DNA of 20,717 nt, taken from positions 1 through 20,717 of the forward strand of contig JAQGDQ010001929.1 in NCBI GenBank assembly GCA_030141605.1, in the 5' to 3' direction. The position numbers were made by a program, and so were the translations under genes. Of this stretch, positions 20,206 to 20,717 are shown one piece after another. Each line of letters opens with the position of its first letter. Position 1 is the stretch's first letter. Source of the DNA: Tubiluchus corallicola. Its lineage: Eukaryota; Animalia; Priapulida. The notes below the pieces were generated by a model. It saw nothing but the letters and a program-made list of their open reading frames with translations, made no database searches and had not been told where the DNA came from.

Positions 20206-20717
20206 ATGAGACAATCATGAGACTTCAAATTAATCATGAGACTATAATGAGACTTCAAATTAATCATGAGACTATCATGAGACTTTAAATTAATCATGAG
20301 ACCATCATGAGACCTCAAATTAATCACGAGACTATCATGAGACTTCAAATTAATCATGAGACTATCATGAGACTTCAAATTAATCACGAGACTATCATGA
20401 TACTTCAAATTAATCACGAGACTATCATGAGACTTCAAATTAATCATGAGACTATCACGAGACTTCAAATTAATCATGAGACTATCACGAGACTTCAAAT
20501 TAATCATGAGAGAATCATGAGACCTCAAATTAATCACGAGACTATCATGAGACTTCAAATTAATCACGAGACTATAATGAGACTTCAAATTAATCACGAG
20601 ACTATCATGATACTTCAAATTAATCACGAGACTATCATGAGACCTCAAATTAATCACGAGACTATCATGAGACTTCAAATTAATCATGAGACTATAATGA
20701 GACTTCAAATTAATCAC
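20206..20717. repeat. 30-bp minisatellite (CAYGAGACTATCATGAGACTTCAAATTAAT), 17 or more copies, runs off the window
   Basis: Directly visible; the 176-aa minus ORF is its translation. Confidence 0.97.

Noticed and set aside
20187-20717. 176-aa decapeptide-repeat protein
   Set aside because: A 30-bp satellite read in its one open frame; no splice or other gene evidence, though the rest lies outside the window.

Overview
AT-rich, repeat-dense animal (probably invertebrate) nuclear DNA, not prokaryotic. Almost all ORFs in the supplied track are artefacts of tandem repeats. The main coding signal is missed by the track: a spliced minus-strand gene (exons 16574-16630, 15072-15319 or 15287, 11880-11969, 10197-10421) encoding a small, probably secreted, Cys-rich thrombospondin type-1 repeat (TSR)-like protein. 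Its domain is interrupted by a ~60-aa Gly/Arg-rich insert ending in an RRKR furin-type site. It lies tail-to-tail with an intronless 286-aa orphan ORF (8017-8877, +). Introns and flanks hold a PIF/Harbinger deletion derivative whose right end has expanded into a 76-bp satellite, two Penelope-like fold-back palindromes with hammerhead-ribozyme remnants (one interrupted by a piggyBac-type MITE), LINE 3' ends, tRNA-derived SINE heads, a dispersed MITE pair, several minisatellites and two stepwise compound microsatellites. All calls are by eye; no searches were run.
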